Below, in pieces: positions 20,901 to 30,864 of a DNA stretch of 64,000 nt. The DNA lies in NCBI GenBank assembly GCA_965216755.1, contig CBDCGL010000011.1, positions 3,904,001 through 3,968,000 of the forward strand. The letters run 5' to 3'. The first letter of the stretch is position 1; every line of letters begins with the position of its first letter. The notes under the pieces are model-generated. The model searched no databases, had not been told where the DNA came from, and saw only the letters and a program-made list of their open reading frames with translations. The DNA is from Alphaproteobacteria bacterium (GTDB lineage Bacteria; Pseudomonadota; Alphaproteobacteria; UBA7887). The translations under genes were made by a program, and so were the position numbers.

Positions 20901-21200
20901 CAGCGCCTAAAGCGGGAACACATTGGCCGGCGAGATAATTTCTTTGCCGTTGGCGGTCATTCATTACTGGCCATCCAAGTGATCCTCGCCATCCGCGAAT
21001 CGTTCGACATCGACTTGCCCTTGATCAGCCTGTATCAGGCGCCGACCGTGCGCGAACTGGCCCAAACGGTTCGGCAGGCGCAGCGAGAACAGGCCGCATC
21101 GGGTGTCCGTGTCGCCAACAGAGTGGCACCAGGCCGCAGTATGTCCGACGGCCGAACGGCGCCGGCCGGAGGCGAACAGATGAGATCGGTGCCGACGTGA
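17952..21200 (+). CDS. Single-module NRPS (condensation-adenylation-thiolation)
   Basis: C domain (LSPIQQ.., WTYHNILLDS, GTFTNTLPLR); A domain cores YTSGSTGKPKG, NMYGPTE, YRTGD, KIRGYRIELGEIE, TPNGKIDRK; PCP FFAVGGHSLL. No TE domain. Confidence 0.95.
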   Translation: MATDYRNYALSPIQQDILARDGHGGTDRSIEQFVCILREAIEISVFEKAWSLVAATHRSLRAYISENGVDAPSLRVAESVATAFVHDDWGAHSKRERSHKLKTYLRADRKKGFDLTSGPLYRVALIRQATKQFVCIWTYHNILLDSRSATLVLKDVFATYEALRRNQEPIVEQREAMEQYATWQRRQDTAKAKSFWCNRLEALAPSSGFMVDRPANPAGGDGGQHGSKECWVDQETTAKLLSLAQREDIELRTIVEGCWAIFLGRYAGEEDIVFGVTRTIGPAAVVTSNPAIGTFTNTLPLRVRFVPGASLVPCLKKLHADSLAIVEHGHVSLAMLREINNIEADVPLFKSVVAVEDRTPNAALRNAGSPGEQRSFHLLRQSGYPITITAYQGAQLLLHVAYDRARLDDATAERILEHLTTLLKGIAADPDQPLTHLPLLSDSERHQLVVGWNATAVAYDRNRCIHSVFEDQVAKTPDAVALICGQERLTYRQLNRRSNQLARYLMALGVGPDVAVGVYLERDADLVVGLLGVLKAGGAYVPLDPAFPSHRIAFVLNDASVPVVLTTAALAKDVSADGVRHVLLDKAGDVVAEQGSENVDSGAGPNNLSYLIYTSGSTGKPKGVMVRHRNVMNFFVGMDQTVGAEPPGVWLAVTSHAFDISVLELFWTLGRGFSVVLHGEDRACAFADPIKRHQVTHMQCTPSMASIMIQDHKVRAAMARLRTFVVGGEALPPALADQVKQSVQGRVINMYGPTETTVWSTSHELDAQERDVPIGRPLANQQVYILDHNLHLVPIGVAGELVIGGDGVTAGYLGRHDLTAEKFVANPFSDDPESRLYRTGDRARYGPDGTIAFLGRFDHQVKIRGYRIELGEIEAALGAHPNVKEAVVMARDQGSDDVRLVAYLVLKRNTARISDELRQFLERDLPNYMIPTDFVQLDAFPLTPNGKIDRKAFPAPVEVSADKGIAIEPPKADAERILIGIWQQRLKREHIGRRDNFFAVGGHSLLAIQVILAIRESFDIDLPLISLYQAPTVRELAQTVRQAQREQAASGVRVANRVAPGRSMSDGRTAPAGGEQMRSVPT

Positions 21201-21282
21201 CGAACACGCGAATTAGGACCACATTCAGGTTTGCCGTGACCTTTGCCCGTAACGAGCCAGCCCCCAGCTAAAAGGCAACACC

Positions 21283-22215
21283 ATGAAACAACCAGATCTT
21301 GAGAAAATTGGGCGAACGCTGAAACGACTGTCGTTTCCGACCCGCTTCGCGGTGGAAGTCACCGCTGACTGCAACCTTGCCTGCGCGATGTGTCATCACC
21401 CATCGATGGTCAGGCCGAAGGGCAGGATGCCTTTCCCTCTGTGGACAAAATGTGCTGACGAGATCGCCGCCGTTTCACCGCGGACGCAATGCTGGTTCTC
21501 GTTTTGTGGCGAACCATTGCGCGAGCCGGAGCTTTTGTTTCGCATGTTGCGTTACGGAAAGTCCGTCGGCCTCGAATCGCTAAACGTCAACACAAACGGA
21601 ATGTTGCTGAAGCCCGAGTTGGCCGAGCCGTTGTTGGATTCGGGCGTCGATTTGGTGGTCATCGGCATCGACGGTTTTTCGACCGAGACCTACGAACGCA
21701 TTCGCGTCAATGGCAGTCGCGACGAGCTCTACGCAAACGTCGAACATCTGCTCGCTGCCCGGCACGCGCGCGAAACTGGCGCCGAGGTTCAGGTACAGTT
21801 TATCGAAATGGACGAGAATGAGCATGAGCTCGAACCGTTCAAGGCCTATTGGCTGGAACGCGGCGCGACCCTGAAAGTCCGTAACAAGCTCAGCTGGGGC
21901 GGAAAGTTCAATACACCGTTGGAAATCTCGGACGACTCACGTATCGCCTGTCCTTGGGCGATGACGATGATGCATGTGTTCTGGGATGGACGGGTGCCGC
22001 GCTGCCCCGGCGATACAGAGGGAGAGGATTTTCTCGGTAACGCATGGGATGACTCGCTAACCGACTTGTGGGGCCAATTGGGCGTCTTCCGAGAACTCCA
22101 TTTGGCGCATCGATTCGATGATCTGCCCGAACGCTGTCATACCTGCAAAGATTGGATGACCGGTTCGGCGGATCGGATCCAACCGGGGGCGGAGTCAGTC
22201 GGCAAGCCGGCTTGA
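21283..22215 (+). CDS. Radical SAM protein with C-terminal SPASM/twitch-like domain
   Basis: CNLACAMC, GEPL, NTNG; C-terminal CPW..WDGRVPRC..CHTC. Confidence 0.92.
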   Translation: MKQPDLEKIGRTLKRLSFPTRFAVEVTADCNLACAMCHHPSMVRPKGRMPFPLWTKCADEIAAVSPRTQCWFSFCGEPLREPELLFRMLRYGKSVGLESLNVNTNGMLLKPELAEPLLDSGVDLVVIGIDGFSTETYERIRVNGSRDELYANVEHLLAARHARETGAEVQVQFIEMDENEHELEPFKAYWLERGATLKVRNKLSWGGKFNTPLEISDDSRIACPWAMTMMHVFWDGRVPRCPGDTEGEDFLGNAWDDSLTDLWGQLGVFRELHLAHRFDDLPERCHTCKDWMTGSADRIQPGAESVGKPA

Positions 22216-22230
22216 TGCGCGGGCGAACCG

Positions 22231-23235
22231 ATGAAAACGCTGTACCTTTGTGGCGCCGGCAATTCCGAGGGTGTTCGTCTCGCCCTCACGATCAACCGCA
22301 AATATAAGCGCTGGGACCACATTTATGTTTTAGACGACGACGTGTCGAAGGTCGGGCAGTCGAGGCTCGGCGTCGAAATCGTGGGTCCGTTTTCCACGTT
22401 GAAGGACTGCGATCCCGGCGCAACAGAGGTCTGCAACCTGGTCGCCAGAACCTGTACCGGACGATGGGGCGCGCGAAGCAAGATCGCCGACTACGGCATA
22501 CCATTTGCCCCGCTCATCAATCCGGACGTCGACACGGAAGGTGTTGCCTATGGCCAGGATATTTTAGCGTATCAGAACGCCACCCTGGGTCCGGAGGTTT
22601 CACTGGGCGAGGCGTCGGTGGTATTCATGGGCGCCGTTGTCGGCCATGAAAGCCAGGTCGGACAATGCTGCGTCGTGGCCGCCAACGCTGTATTGAATGC
22701 CCGCGTGGAGCTCGGCGATGGCGTCTATGTTGGCACCAACGCGTCGATCTTGCCGGAAATCACGATCGGCCCGTGGGCGACGATCGGTGCTGGCTCCGTC
22801 GTGCTTCAGGACGTGCCGGCGGGCACGACGGTTATGGGCGTTCCCGCCATTCCCCTATTCGCAACCAATGTTGAGGGCCCGCGAGACTCTCACACCGTTG
22901 CCTCAACGGGCGCGGCATCGGGTGCGGGCGGAACGGAACCGCAGACCGAAGTCGAACAAACGCTTTTCAATATCTGGAAGAAGGCATTCAACCGCAATGA
23001 TTTGAGCATCCACGACAGCTTTCTTGATCTGGGCGGCGATTCGCTGATGGCCGTTAATATGGTGTTCGCGATTCGCGAAGCGTTTCAGGTGGACGTTCCG
23101 TTGAATGAACTGTTCGAAGCCATGACGGTGAGCAAGCTCGCCGAAGTCGTCGAACAGACCATCATCGAATCCGCCAGCGATGAAGATTTGTCTGCTTTAC
23201 TGGCGGATCTCGAAGAGTACCCGGACGAGGCCTAG
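22231..23235 (+). CDS. NeuD/PglD-type hexapeptide acetyltransferase fused to a C-terminal carrier (PP-binding) domain
   Basis: GAGN..LDDD N-domain, hexapeptide repeats ending [17 protein letters not shown], Gly/Ala linker, [11 protein letters not shown] carrier motif. Confidence 0.88.
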   Translation: MKTLYLCGAGNSEGVRLALTINRKYKRWDHIYVLDDDVSKVGQSRLGVEIVGPFSTLKDCDPGATEVCNLVARTCTGRWGARSKIADYGIPFAPLINPDVDTEGVAYGQDILAYQNATLGPEVSLGEASVVFMGAVVGHESQVGQCCVVAANAVLNARVELGDGVYVGTNASILPEITIGPWATIGAGSVVLQDVPAGTTVMGVPAIPLFATNVEGPRDSHTVASTGAASGAGGTEPQTEVEQTLFNIWKKAFNRNDLSIHDSFLDLGGDSLMAVNMVFAIREAFQVDVPLNELFEAMTVSKLAEVVEQTIIESASDEDLSALLADLEEYPDEA

Positions 23236-23270
23236 AATCGCGTCAATTTCTAGGGATAGCAGTCAGCTGT

Positions 23271-23523
23271 GGTTGGATCAAACAGAGCGCCGGTCTGCGG
23301 CAGAGCAAATTCCGCGGCCGCAAACGCGTTAATGTCAAATTCACCTTGGCGCTGGCGGCTTTCAACCTTATCCGTCTACCGAAACTCATCGCGATGCCGC
23401 TCTGACGACCACGGCCCTGAGCAAGCGACAAACGATGACAAACCGACAAGCAGGAACAAGCGCTCTTCATCCTCCGAAACCAGATAAAACAATCACTGCA
23501 CAGACTTCTTTAGCAGCCCGCTA
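23271..23523 (+). mobile_element. IS5/IS1182-type insertion sequence remnant (3' end of transposase plus right end)
   Basis: 23271-23405 reads GWIKQSAGLRQSKFRGRKRVNVKFTLALAAFNLIRLPKLIAMPL*. End-like GACTTCTTTAGCAGCCCGCTA at about 23503-23523. Confidence 0.75.
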
Positions 23524-24086
23524 ATGCATTTCACCCTCCCATACGATGGCGTGTCATGCTCTATTTATCTGATATTGATCAACTTATCTTCGTTCAAACG
23601 ACCCCGTTTGAGCGAAGATTGATTTGATGACGGTGATAGGGCACGGAGGCGTCTGGCCGTCATACCGGTCGAGGCCGCCACTGTGCCGTGGCGCGCTCAT
23701 CGTCGCGTCGGCGTCATGGCTGCGGCCGGCGAAAAACGGTACGGGATCGCGTTGGTTGTTATGGCCTGTGACGAACGCCGTCAAAATTGTTGCAACGACA
23801 ATTATCGCAGAAATCCTCCCAATTCTTGTCCTATTTCGCTCCTTCAATGCATGGGAAATCGCATGCAGAAGCTGATATCGGCGCGAGCAAAACCATGACG
23901 GGTGCATGGGTGCTTTTTGCTTCTATTTGGAATCGTTGAGTCAGCAAACTCGCAAATGGCGAGAAATCCTTGCCAGCCACGTCGGGAATCTTCACTCTAA
24001 ACCATCTGGGAACTCTATTGATCGGGGGCCGACGATTGGGCAGGGCCCGTGCGCTAAGGACGGGCCGATCACACAGGGAGGATTCC

Positions 24087-24584
24087 ATGACAGTACAGCT
24101 TCGCGCGCTCGCAATCGGCGCGGTGTTCGGATTGGGCGTCGCCATAGCAACGAGCAGTTGGGCCGAAGAGATGAAGCCCACCGGCGAGTTCGGCTGGTTC
24201 GGCGTCGGTACGGCCCATGTTATCGAGGAGGGACACGTCTACTGGGTTGGCGAGTTTTCGGGCACGTTCTTTGCCGATGATGGCGATGCCAGCCCGATGC
24301 ACCGCGCGGCGGTGAAATGTCCCGCCTTCAACGATCTTGATTTCAACAAAAACGAAAGCGGCGCCGGCGGCTATTGCATCGTCACCGATGGCGACGGTGA
24401 CATCGCCTACCTCAGTTGGCAGATCCCGTGGAGCGAAGGAACGGTTACCGGTGATGGCACGTTCGAATGGACCGGCGGCACGGGAAAATATGACGGGATC
24501 ACCGGCACCAACACATTCACCGGCGTGACGACCGTAAACCACGCGGATGGTACCGCCTCGGGCTACGCGATCTGGAATCGTTGA
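24087..24584 (+). CDS. Exported hypothetical protein (predicted beta-rich, GGTGKY motif)
   Basis: GGAGG SD before ATG 24087; signal peptide ending SSWA; WTGGTGKYDGITG. Confidence 0.8.
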   Translation: MTVQLRALAIGAVFGLGVAIATSSWAEEMKPTGEFGWFGVGTAHVIEEGHVYWVGEFSGTFFADDGDASPMHRAAVKCPAFNDLDFNKNESGAGGYCIVTDGDGDIAYLSWQIPWSEGTVTGDGTFEWTGGTGKYDGITGTNTFTGVTTVNHADGTASGYAIWNR

Positions 24585-24621
24585 GTGCGGCTGCCGGCAA
24601 TGAAAATCAGGTAAAGGGGGA

Positions 24622-25110
24622 ATGATGATGACAAGGCACAGTATTTCGATTGCAGTCGCTGCGGTGGCCACGTTGACCGTCGCGGCATTGGCTTTCGCGC
24701 CCGTGGGCCACGCGGCCGAGTGCGTGGGTACCGATTATTGGACTATAGAGCTGGCAGACACACTCGATCTGGGTGAAGGCCACTCAGTGACGCTCTGGAA
24801 GGCAAACAATATCGGGGTTCCAGATGACCCAAATGCACCTGACTACTTAGCTGGGGGGCCGTGTTCTGGGTGGATAGAGGTCCTCCCCGACGGCGGTCTA
24901 AAAATGGATGGTTATTGCTCTAGAACCAACACGGACGGCGACATGCTGGTTGATCACTGGTGGCAAAACCCCGGAGATGAGAGGGGAACCTGGGAGTGGG
25001 TTCGTGGCACCGGCAAGCTCGCATCATTGGTCGGTCAGGGCGGCTGGTTTGAAACGGCGATGGAGAACGGCGTTCTCGGCGCGACACGGTGGGCTGTTGA
25101 ATGCGAATAG
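24622..25110 (+). CDS. Exported hypothetical protein, apparent distant paralog of the preceding gene
   Basis: SD AAGGGGG; signal peptide; GYCSRTNTDGD..WEWVRGTGKL. Confidence 0.78.
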   Translation: MMMTRHSISIAVAAVATLTVAALAFAPVGHAAECVGTDYWTIELADTLDLGEGHSVTLWKANNIGVPDDPNAPDYLAGGPCSGWIEVLPDGGLKMDGYCSRTNTDGDMLVDHWWQNPGDERGTWEWVRGTGKLASLVGQGGWFETAMENGVLGATRWAVECE

Positions 25111-25140
25111 CCGCTGTCTGCGATTGATGTGCCGGCTATG

Positions 25141-25170
25141 GGGCCGCCGGGAAACCGGCGGCCCATTTTT
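25141..25170 (+). terminator. Rho-independent terminator
   Basis: GGGCCGCCGG-GAAA-CCGGCGGCCC followed by ATTTTT. Confidence 0.85.
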
Positions 25171-25198
25171 CGCATCGGGCGGCTTCTCATACGCGCCT

Positions 25199-25472
25199 TG
25201 GTTGGTGTTTACTTGCCCACGGGTCAAGCCCGTGGGCGACGGGGGAGCGAAAATCGTTCGCCCCCAAAGCTGGTCATGGCCGGGCCCCGACCCGGCCACA
25301 AGTAGACACAGCCGTTGGCGATGTGCGCTGCTCCCCGTGGTTCGTGTTTACTTGCCCACAGAGCAAGTCCGCGGGTGACGGGGGTGTGAAAAGCGTCCGC
25401 CCCCAAAAGCTGGTCATGGCCGGGCCCCGACCCGGCCATAAGTAATCACAATCGCCGGCGATGCGGGCTCCC
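25199..25472. repeat. Two ~139-bp imperfect direct repeats built from palindromic REP/RIME-like modules
   Basis: GTGTTTACTTGCCCAC...CGCCCCCAAA(A)GCTGGTCATGGCCGGGCCCCGACCCGGCCA.AAGTA occurs twice. Confidence 0.85.
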
Positions 25473-25935
25473 CGCCGCGCTTGCTATCGCTGTACACTGT
25501 GCCGCGCAACAGGCCCTGGCCCTAGTCGACATGCATTCTGGCGATCTGACCGCGTGCGGCGTCATATCGGCGGAATGAGGCGCGGCGGGATCGCGGTCTG
25601 ACGAAAAAGAACGCGGGCCATCCGACGTCGTTTCGGGGGGGCGACAAGATGGCCCGCGCTGGGTGGTCGAATGTGTAAGTGTTGCACAGATTTGTTACGA
25701 TATCGCAACATCTTGTCGTGTGTTCACGCTTTTGTGAGCGACTGGTTACGCAGCGGGACGATGTCCGGCTGTATTCACACATGACCGATGGGGATGTGTT
25801 TGCCAACAACCATCGCCGTGCTGGTCGACGACTGCACCCGTCGGCGATAAGCAGCCATGCCACGGTCGCCCTGGCACCCCGATGCGATTTCGGTCATCTT
25901 TGCGCGCATGCAGGGGTATGCGAACGAGTGGCCGC

Positions 25936-26976
25936 GTGAAAACACTGGTTTATTTCAATCGTTGGACACATGCTGACGGCCTGAATGCGGTCACCGCCGA
26001 AAACGGCCGCAAAGTGATCAAGCTCGATTGGCATGCGCGCGAAGACGACATTTGGCCCGTGCTGAAACGGGCGCACGGTTATCAGATTTCATCGGCGCGC
26101 CACGAACTGCCGACGGCCTATCGTGGCGACGCGCCGTTGCTGGCGCGCTGCCAGGAGCTGTTGGCCATTTGCACCGACGGTGCCGGCTATGACACGCTCG
26201 ACCTCGATGCCTGCACGGCGGCGGGCGTGCTGGTCGCCAATCAGGCCGGCGCGAACAAGGAAGCTGTTGCCGAACACACGCTGGGCATGATGCTGGCGCT
26301 GTCCAAGCGGTTGATCGAAACCGACCGCGCGATGCGCCGCGACCGTGATTGGCATAGAAACGATTTTATCGGCAATAATTTGGTAGATAAAACGGTCGGC
26401 ATAATTGGCTTGGGGCATATTGGCAGTCGGCTTGCGACATTGTGTCGGGTCGCTTTTGACATGCGCGTTTTGGCTTATGATCCATATCTGACCGAAAAGC
26501 AGTTTGCCGAGCGCGCAGCTGAGTCGGTGGCGTTAGAGACTCTGTTGACCGAATCCGATTTTGTCACCCTTCATTGCCCGTTGAGCGATGAGACCTGCCA
26601 CATGATCGATGCTGACGCCTTGGCGCGCATGAAGCCGTCGGCCTATTTGGTCACCACCGCGCGCGGCGGCATTCATGATGAAGCGGCGCTCGACGAAGCG
26701 CTCGGTGCGGGCGCCATTCGCGGTGCCGGCCTCGACGTGTGGGATATGGAACCGCCGCCACTCGGCCATCCGCTGTTGCGTCATGACAATGTCATTCTGA
26801 GTCCACACACGGCCGGCGTGACCGACGAGTCGCGGCGGCAAGCGTCGTTATGTGCCGCCGAGCAATGGCGCGATATTTTCCAAGGTCGTGAACCGCCGCG
26901 GGTCCTTAATCCCGCTGTGTTGCCGCGTTTTCGCGATCGCTACGCGGAGCTGTTCGGGGGCGCCCACGGATCGTAA
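25936..26976 (+). CDS. D-2-hydroxyacid dehydrogenase (SerA-like)
   Basis: GIIGLGHIG, LHCPL, TARGG, LDVW, SPHTAG; GTG start at 25936. Confidence 0.92.
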   Translation: MKTLVYFNRWTHADGLNAVTAENGRKVIKLDWHAREDDIWPVLKRAHGYQISSARHELPTAYRGDAPLLARCQELLAICTDGAGYDTLDLDACTAAGVLVANQAGANKEAVAEHTLGMMLALSKRLIETDRAMRRDRDWHRNDFIGNNLVDKTVGIIGLGHIGSRLATLCRVAFDMRVLAYDPYLTEKQFAERAAESVALETLLTESDFVTLHCPLSDETCHMIDADALARMKPSAYLVTTARGGIHDEAALDEALGAGAIRGAGLDVWDMEPPPLGHPLLRHDNVILSPHTAGVTDESRRQASLCAAEQWRDIFQGREPPRVLNPAVLPRFRDRYAELFGGAHGS

Positions 26977-27383
26977 CTGCCGAAACTCCATAAGTGGCCT
27001 TCCAAATCGCGACACATATAGAGCCGGCTGCCATAGTCCTGGTCCGCGATTGGCATAACGATGGTTGCACCGGCTGCAACCGCTCGGTCGTAATGGCGGT
27101 CGATATCTTTGATGACCACATAAGACGATTGCGTACTGCGTCCGCCGGCCTCGTCAGGTTGGCAGGTCAGGTCACTGGTGTCGCAATCATCTACCGCGCC
27201 GAGCATCACCATACTGTTGCCCAGGGTGAGCTGTGCGTGGGCGATGCTGCCGTCGGCATCGGGGACAACCCGATGTTCCGTGAACCCAAACGCCCCACAC
27301 AGCCATGCCACGGCGGCGCGGGCATCGCGGTATCGTAGGGCCGGAATGATGTAGGTCTTGCCTGCGGCAGGCGCTTCAGCCAT
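26940..27383 (-). CDS. VOC/glyoxalase family protein
   Basis: PALRYRDARAAVAWL..FGF, HAQLTLG, DYGSR..RDLEGHLWSFG; AGGAGG SD. Confidence 0.9.
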   Translation of the reverse strand: MAEAPAAGKTYIIPALRYRDARAAVAWLCGAFGFTEHRVVPDADGSIAHAQLTLGNSMVMLGAVDDCDTSDLTCQPDEAGGRSTQSSYVVIKDIDRHYDRAVAAGATIVMPIADQDYGSRLYMCRDLEGHLWSFGSYDPWAPPNSSA

Positions 27384-27426
27384 TTACGACCTCCTTCGAA
27401 CATGACCCCGGCCTGACGTCATATCT

Positions 27427-28110
27427 TCATTCCAGTGCAGCGATAAGCCAGTGATGCAGTGGCGCCAGCGGCCGCCAAATGTCGATACAATGGGACACCA
27501 GCGCGGCCGAACGCAGCTCAGTGGGATGCCGTGCTTCCACCGATGCAAACAAAGCGTTGTGGCGCAGCAGCCGGTCCTGTTCGGTTGAGGCCGCCGCATA
27601 GCCGCGCGGCAGCTTGCTGTAATGAAGGCCGCGCACCGGATGGCCGGTCTTTTCCAAGCGGTTGACTGTTTTGATCAGAGCCGGGCCGTCATGCGGGTCG
27701 ACCACCGCATCGCGATAGGCGTGCAGTTGTTGGCGAACGAACTGATGGGCACCGACGCCCAAGATCAGATGCGTTGCGGTCAGGCGAAAAAAGAAACTCG
27801 AAACCGCGCTCTTGCGTTCGCCTTCCCAAAACCATAGGTCGAGATGGTCCTTGTAGGGCGTTTTGTCTTTGGAAAAGCGGATGTCACGGTTGATGCGAAA
27901 GATCGAACCGTTGACGCGTGGCGCGGCGACGATATTGGGGGCGAGGTCACCGAGCGGTGCGGTGAGGGCCTCGATAAAGGCCTTTGCGGGCGCAATGTAG
28001 TGGTCGTTATAATCAGCGCGGTGCGCCTCGAACCACGCTTTGTTGTTGTTGCGCCCGAGACCGTCAAGAAATGTAACGGTCTGATTCGAGAAGCCGGAGA
28101 ACTCTGACAT
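27427..28110 (-). CDS. DUF2461 family protein
   Basis: FSGF..NNNKAWFEAHR, FRINRDIRFSKDKTPYK. Confidence 0.92.
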   Translation of the reverse strand: MSEFSGFSNQTVTFLDGLGRNNNKAWFEAHRADYNDHYIAPAKAFIEALTAPLGDLAPNIVAAPRVNGSIFRINRDIRFSKDKTPYKDHLDLWFWEGERKSAVSSFFFRLTATHLILGVGAHQFVRQQLHAYRDAVVDPHDGPALIKTVNRLEKTGHPVRGLHYSKLPRGYAAASTEQDRLLRHNALFASVEARHPTELRSAALVSHCIDIWRPLAPLHHWLIAALE

Positions 28111-28143
28111 TATGTGCCTCCACGTCCGGCTGGCGATTGTCGC

Positions 28144-30864
28144 TCAGGCGACCCGGCCGTGGCAGTGCTTATATTTTTTTCCGGACCCGCATGGGCAGGC
28201 CTCATTGCGGCCGACCTTACCCCAGCTTGACGGATCGGCCGGATTGCGCTCTGGCGCCGTGCTACCCGCGCGTGTTCTTTGGGCGGTGGCCATGGCCGCG
28301 GCGCGGCCACCGCTCGGGGCGGCACCTCCACCAGCGGCCGCCATGGCCGGTTGCGCACTGGCCGTGGCCATTTGCTCTTCAGGCGGCGCGACCCGCAGTT
28401 CCAAATGCGACAACACCGATGTTACCGTCTCGCGGAAGCGGCTCAACATCGATTCAAACAGAGAAAACGCTTCTGTCTTGTATTCGTTGAGCGGGTCGCG
28501 CTGGGCGTAGGCGCGCAATGAAATACCCTGGCGCAGGTGATCCAACGACAGCAAATGGTCTTTCCATTGCTGATCGAGAATTTGCAGAACCAGGCTCTTT
28601 TCGGCGACCCGCATGACCTCGGGGCTGTAGTGCACCACTTTCTCGGCGTATTTGCGGTCGACGGCATCGATCAGACGGCTACGAATCTCATCGTCGGCGA
28701 TGCCTTCCTCTTGCGCCCAATCGCCGATCGGCAGGTCGAGGCCAAATATCCGACGCACCTCTTCGTGCATGGCGGCGGTTTCCCATTGCTCGGGATACGC
28801 CTTTTCCGGGATAAACCGGGCCACGATGTCTTCGGCCAACTCATGGCGCATGTCGGTGACGGTATCGGCCACGTCGTTTGCGCGCATCAGTTCAATGCGC
28901 TCTTGGTAAATCACTTTGCGCTGGTCGTTCATCACGTCGTCGAAGCGCAGCAGGTTCTTGCGAATCTCGAAGTTGCGCGCCTCGACCTTTTGTTGGGCTT
29001 TCTCCAGGGCTTTGTTGATCCACGGATGAAAAATCGCCTCGCCTTCTTGCAGGCCCAACTTGCGCAGCATGCCGTCCATGCGCTCCGAGCCGAAAATGCG
29101 CATCAGGTCGTCTTCCAACGACAGATAAAATTTCGACTCACCGGGATCACCCTGCCGCCCAGAGCGTCCGCGCAACTGATTGTCGATGCGCCGGCTCTCA
29201 TGGCGTTCGGTGCCAATCACATAAAGTCCGCCGGCGTCCAAGACCTCATTGTGGGCGGTGGTGATTTCCGCGCGGATCTTTTCAGTCAAGGTATGCTGCT
29301 TGGCGTCGTCGGATATGTTGTCCAGCTCATCTTCCAGGCGCATGTCCAGATTGCCGCCCAATTGGATGTCGGTGCCGCGGCCGGCCATGTTGGTGGCGAT
29401 GGTCACGGCGCCGGGTCGGCCGGCCTGCGCGATGATGTGGGCTTCCTGCTCGTGATAGCGCGCGTTGAGCACATTGTGCGGCACTTTGCTTTTCTTCAGC
29501 CGCTTTGCCAGGTCCTCGGATTTTTCGATGCTCGTGGTGCCAACCAAGACCGGTTGCTGGCGTTTGCGGCACTCCGCGATCTGGGCCACGACGGCGGTCC
29601 ATTTTTCCTCCGCCGTACGATAGATCTCGTCATCATTATCGATGCGGATCATCTCTTTGTGTGTCGGCACCTCGACCACTTCCAGGCCGTAGATCTCGCC
29701 GAATTCGGCGGCTTCCGTGGCCGCGGTTCCAGTCATGCCGCCGAGTTTCGGATACATACGGAAATAGTTTTGAAACGTGATCGATGCCAGGGTCTGGTTT
29801 TCGTTTTGGATGATCACATCTTCCTTGGCTTCCAACGCCTGATGCAAGCCGTCTGAATAGCGTCGGCCCTCCATCATGCGGCCGGTGAACTCGTCGATAA
29901 TGATGACCTTGTCGTCCTTGACGATGTAATCGGTATCGCGCGCAAACAGCTTGTGCGCGCGCAGGGCTTGGTTGACGTGATGAACGATGCTGACGTTCTC
30001 GAAGTCGTACAGCCCCGGGCTTTGCAGCATGCTGGCGTCGCGCAGCAGCGCCTCGATGCGCTCGCTGCCGACTTCAGTCAGGGTCACGGCGCGCGCTTTT
30101 TCGTCCTTTTCGAAGTCGTCTTCGCCCAGTTGCGGGATTAACGTGTTGACGGCCACATAAAGCGCAGAATTGTCTTCGGTCGGACCGGAGATGATCAGCG
30201 GGGTGCGGGCCTCGTCAACCAGGATACTGTCGACCTCGTCGACAATGGCGAAATTGAAGGGCCGCTGGACCATGGTCTCCAGCGTGAATTTCATATTGTC
30301 GCGCAGGTAATCAAAACCGAATTCGTTGTTGGTGCCGTATGTGACGTCGGCGGCATAGGCATCGCGCCGCTGTTGATCGGACAAGCCGTGCACGATGCAG
30401 CCGACGGTGAGGCCAAGGAAGTTATAGATCTGGCCCATCCAGCCGGCATCGCGCTGGGCCAAATAGTCATTGACGGTGACCACATGGACGCCCTTGCCTT
30501 CGAGCGCGTTCAAATACACAGCGAGGGTCGCGACAAGGGTCTTGCCCTCGCCGGTCTTCATTTCAGAGATCTTGCCTTCGTGCAAAACCATGCCACCGAT
30601 CAGCTGCACGTCGAAATGGCGCTGGCCGAGCGTTCGTTTGGCGCCCTCGCGGACCACGGCGAACGCTTCGGGCAGCAATTTGTCGAGCGCCGCGCCGTCA
30701 CGCAGCCGGTCGCGAAACTCGGTCGTTTTGGCCTTGAGCGCGTCGTCGGACAGGCCCTCTAGGTCATTTTCGAGCGCATTGATTTTTTCGACGGTCTTCT
30801 GATGTTCTTTGATGATCCGATCATTGACCGAGCCGAAGAAGCGCCGGGACAGGCGGTTTAGCAT
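28144..30864 (-). CDS. secA: Preprotein translocase subunit SecA
   Basis: [41 protein letters not shown] motif [19 protein letters not shown]. Confidence 0.99.
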   Translation of the reverse strand: MLNRLSRRFFGSVNDRIIKEHQKTVEKINALENDLEGLSDDALKAKTTEFRDRLRDGAALDKLLPEAFAVVREGAKRTLGQRHFDVQLIGGMVLHEGKISEMKTGEGKTLVATLAVYLNALEGKGVHVVTVNDYLAQRDAGWMGQIYNFLGLTVGCIVHGLSDQQRRDAYAADVTYGTNNEFGFDYLRDNMKFTLETMVQRPFNFAIVDEVDSILVDEARTPLIISGPTEDNSALYVAVNTLIPQLGEDDFEKDEKARAVTLTEVGSERIEALLRDASMLQSPGLYDFENVSIVHHVNQALRAHKLFARDTDYIVKDDKVIIIDEFTGRMMEGRRYSDGLHQALEAKEDVIIQNENQTLASITFQNYFRMYPKLGGMTGTAATEAAEFGEIYGLEVVEVPTHKEMIRIDNDDEIYRTAEEKWTAVVAQIAECRKRQQPVLVGTTSIEKSEDLAKRLKKSKVPHNVLNARYHEQEAHIIAQAGRPGAVTIATNMAGRGTDIQLGGNLDMRLEDELDNISDDAKQHTLTEKIRAEITTAHNEVLDAGGLYVIGTERHESRRIDNQLRGRSGRQGDPGESKFYLSLEDDLMRIFGSERMDGMLRKLGLQEGEAIFHPWINKALEKAQQKVEARNFEIRKNLLRFDDVMNDQRKVIYQERIELMRANDVADTVTDMRHELAEDIVARFIPEKAYPEQWETAAMHEEVRRIFGLDLPIGDWAQEEGIADDEIRSRLIDAVDRKYAEKVVHYSPEVMRVAEKSLVLQILDQQWKDHLLSLDHLRQGISLRAYAQRDPLNEYKTEAFSLFESMLSRFRETVTSVLSHLELRVAPPEEQMATASAQPAMAAAGGGAAPSGGRAAAMATAQRTRAGSTAPERNPADPSSWGKVGRNEACPCGSGKKYKHCHGRVA

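Noticed and set aside
23584-23907. 107-aa minus-strand ORF with a hydrophobic stretch and HSGGLDRY
   Set aside because: No convincing start or family match from reading alone; may be a decayed fragment.
28537-29856. Long alternative-frame ORFs opposite secA (similar cases at 15051-16355, 39560-40573, 41047-42090)
   Set aside because: Antisense shadows expected from high-GC codon bias; no motifs.
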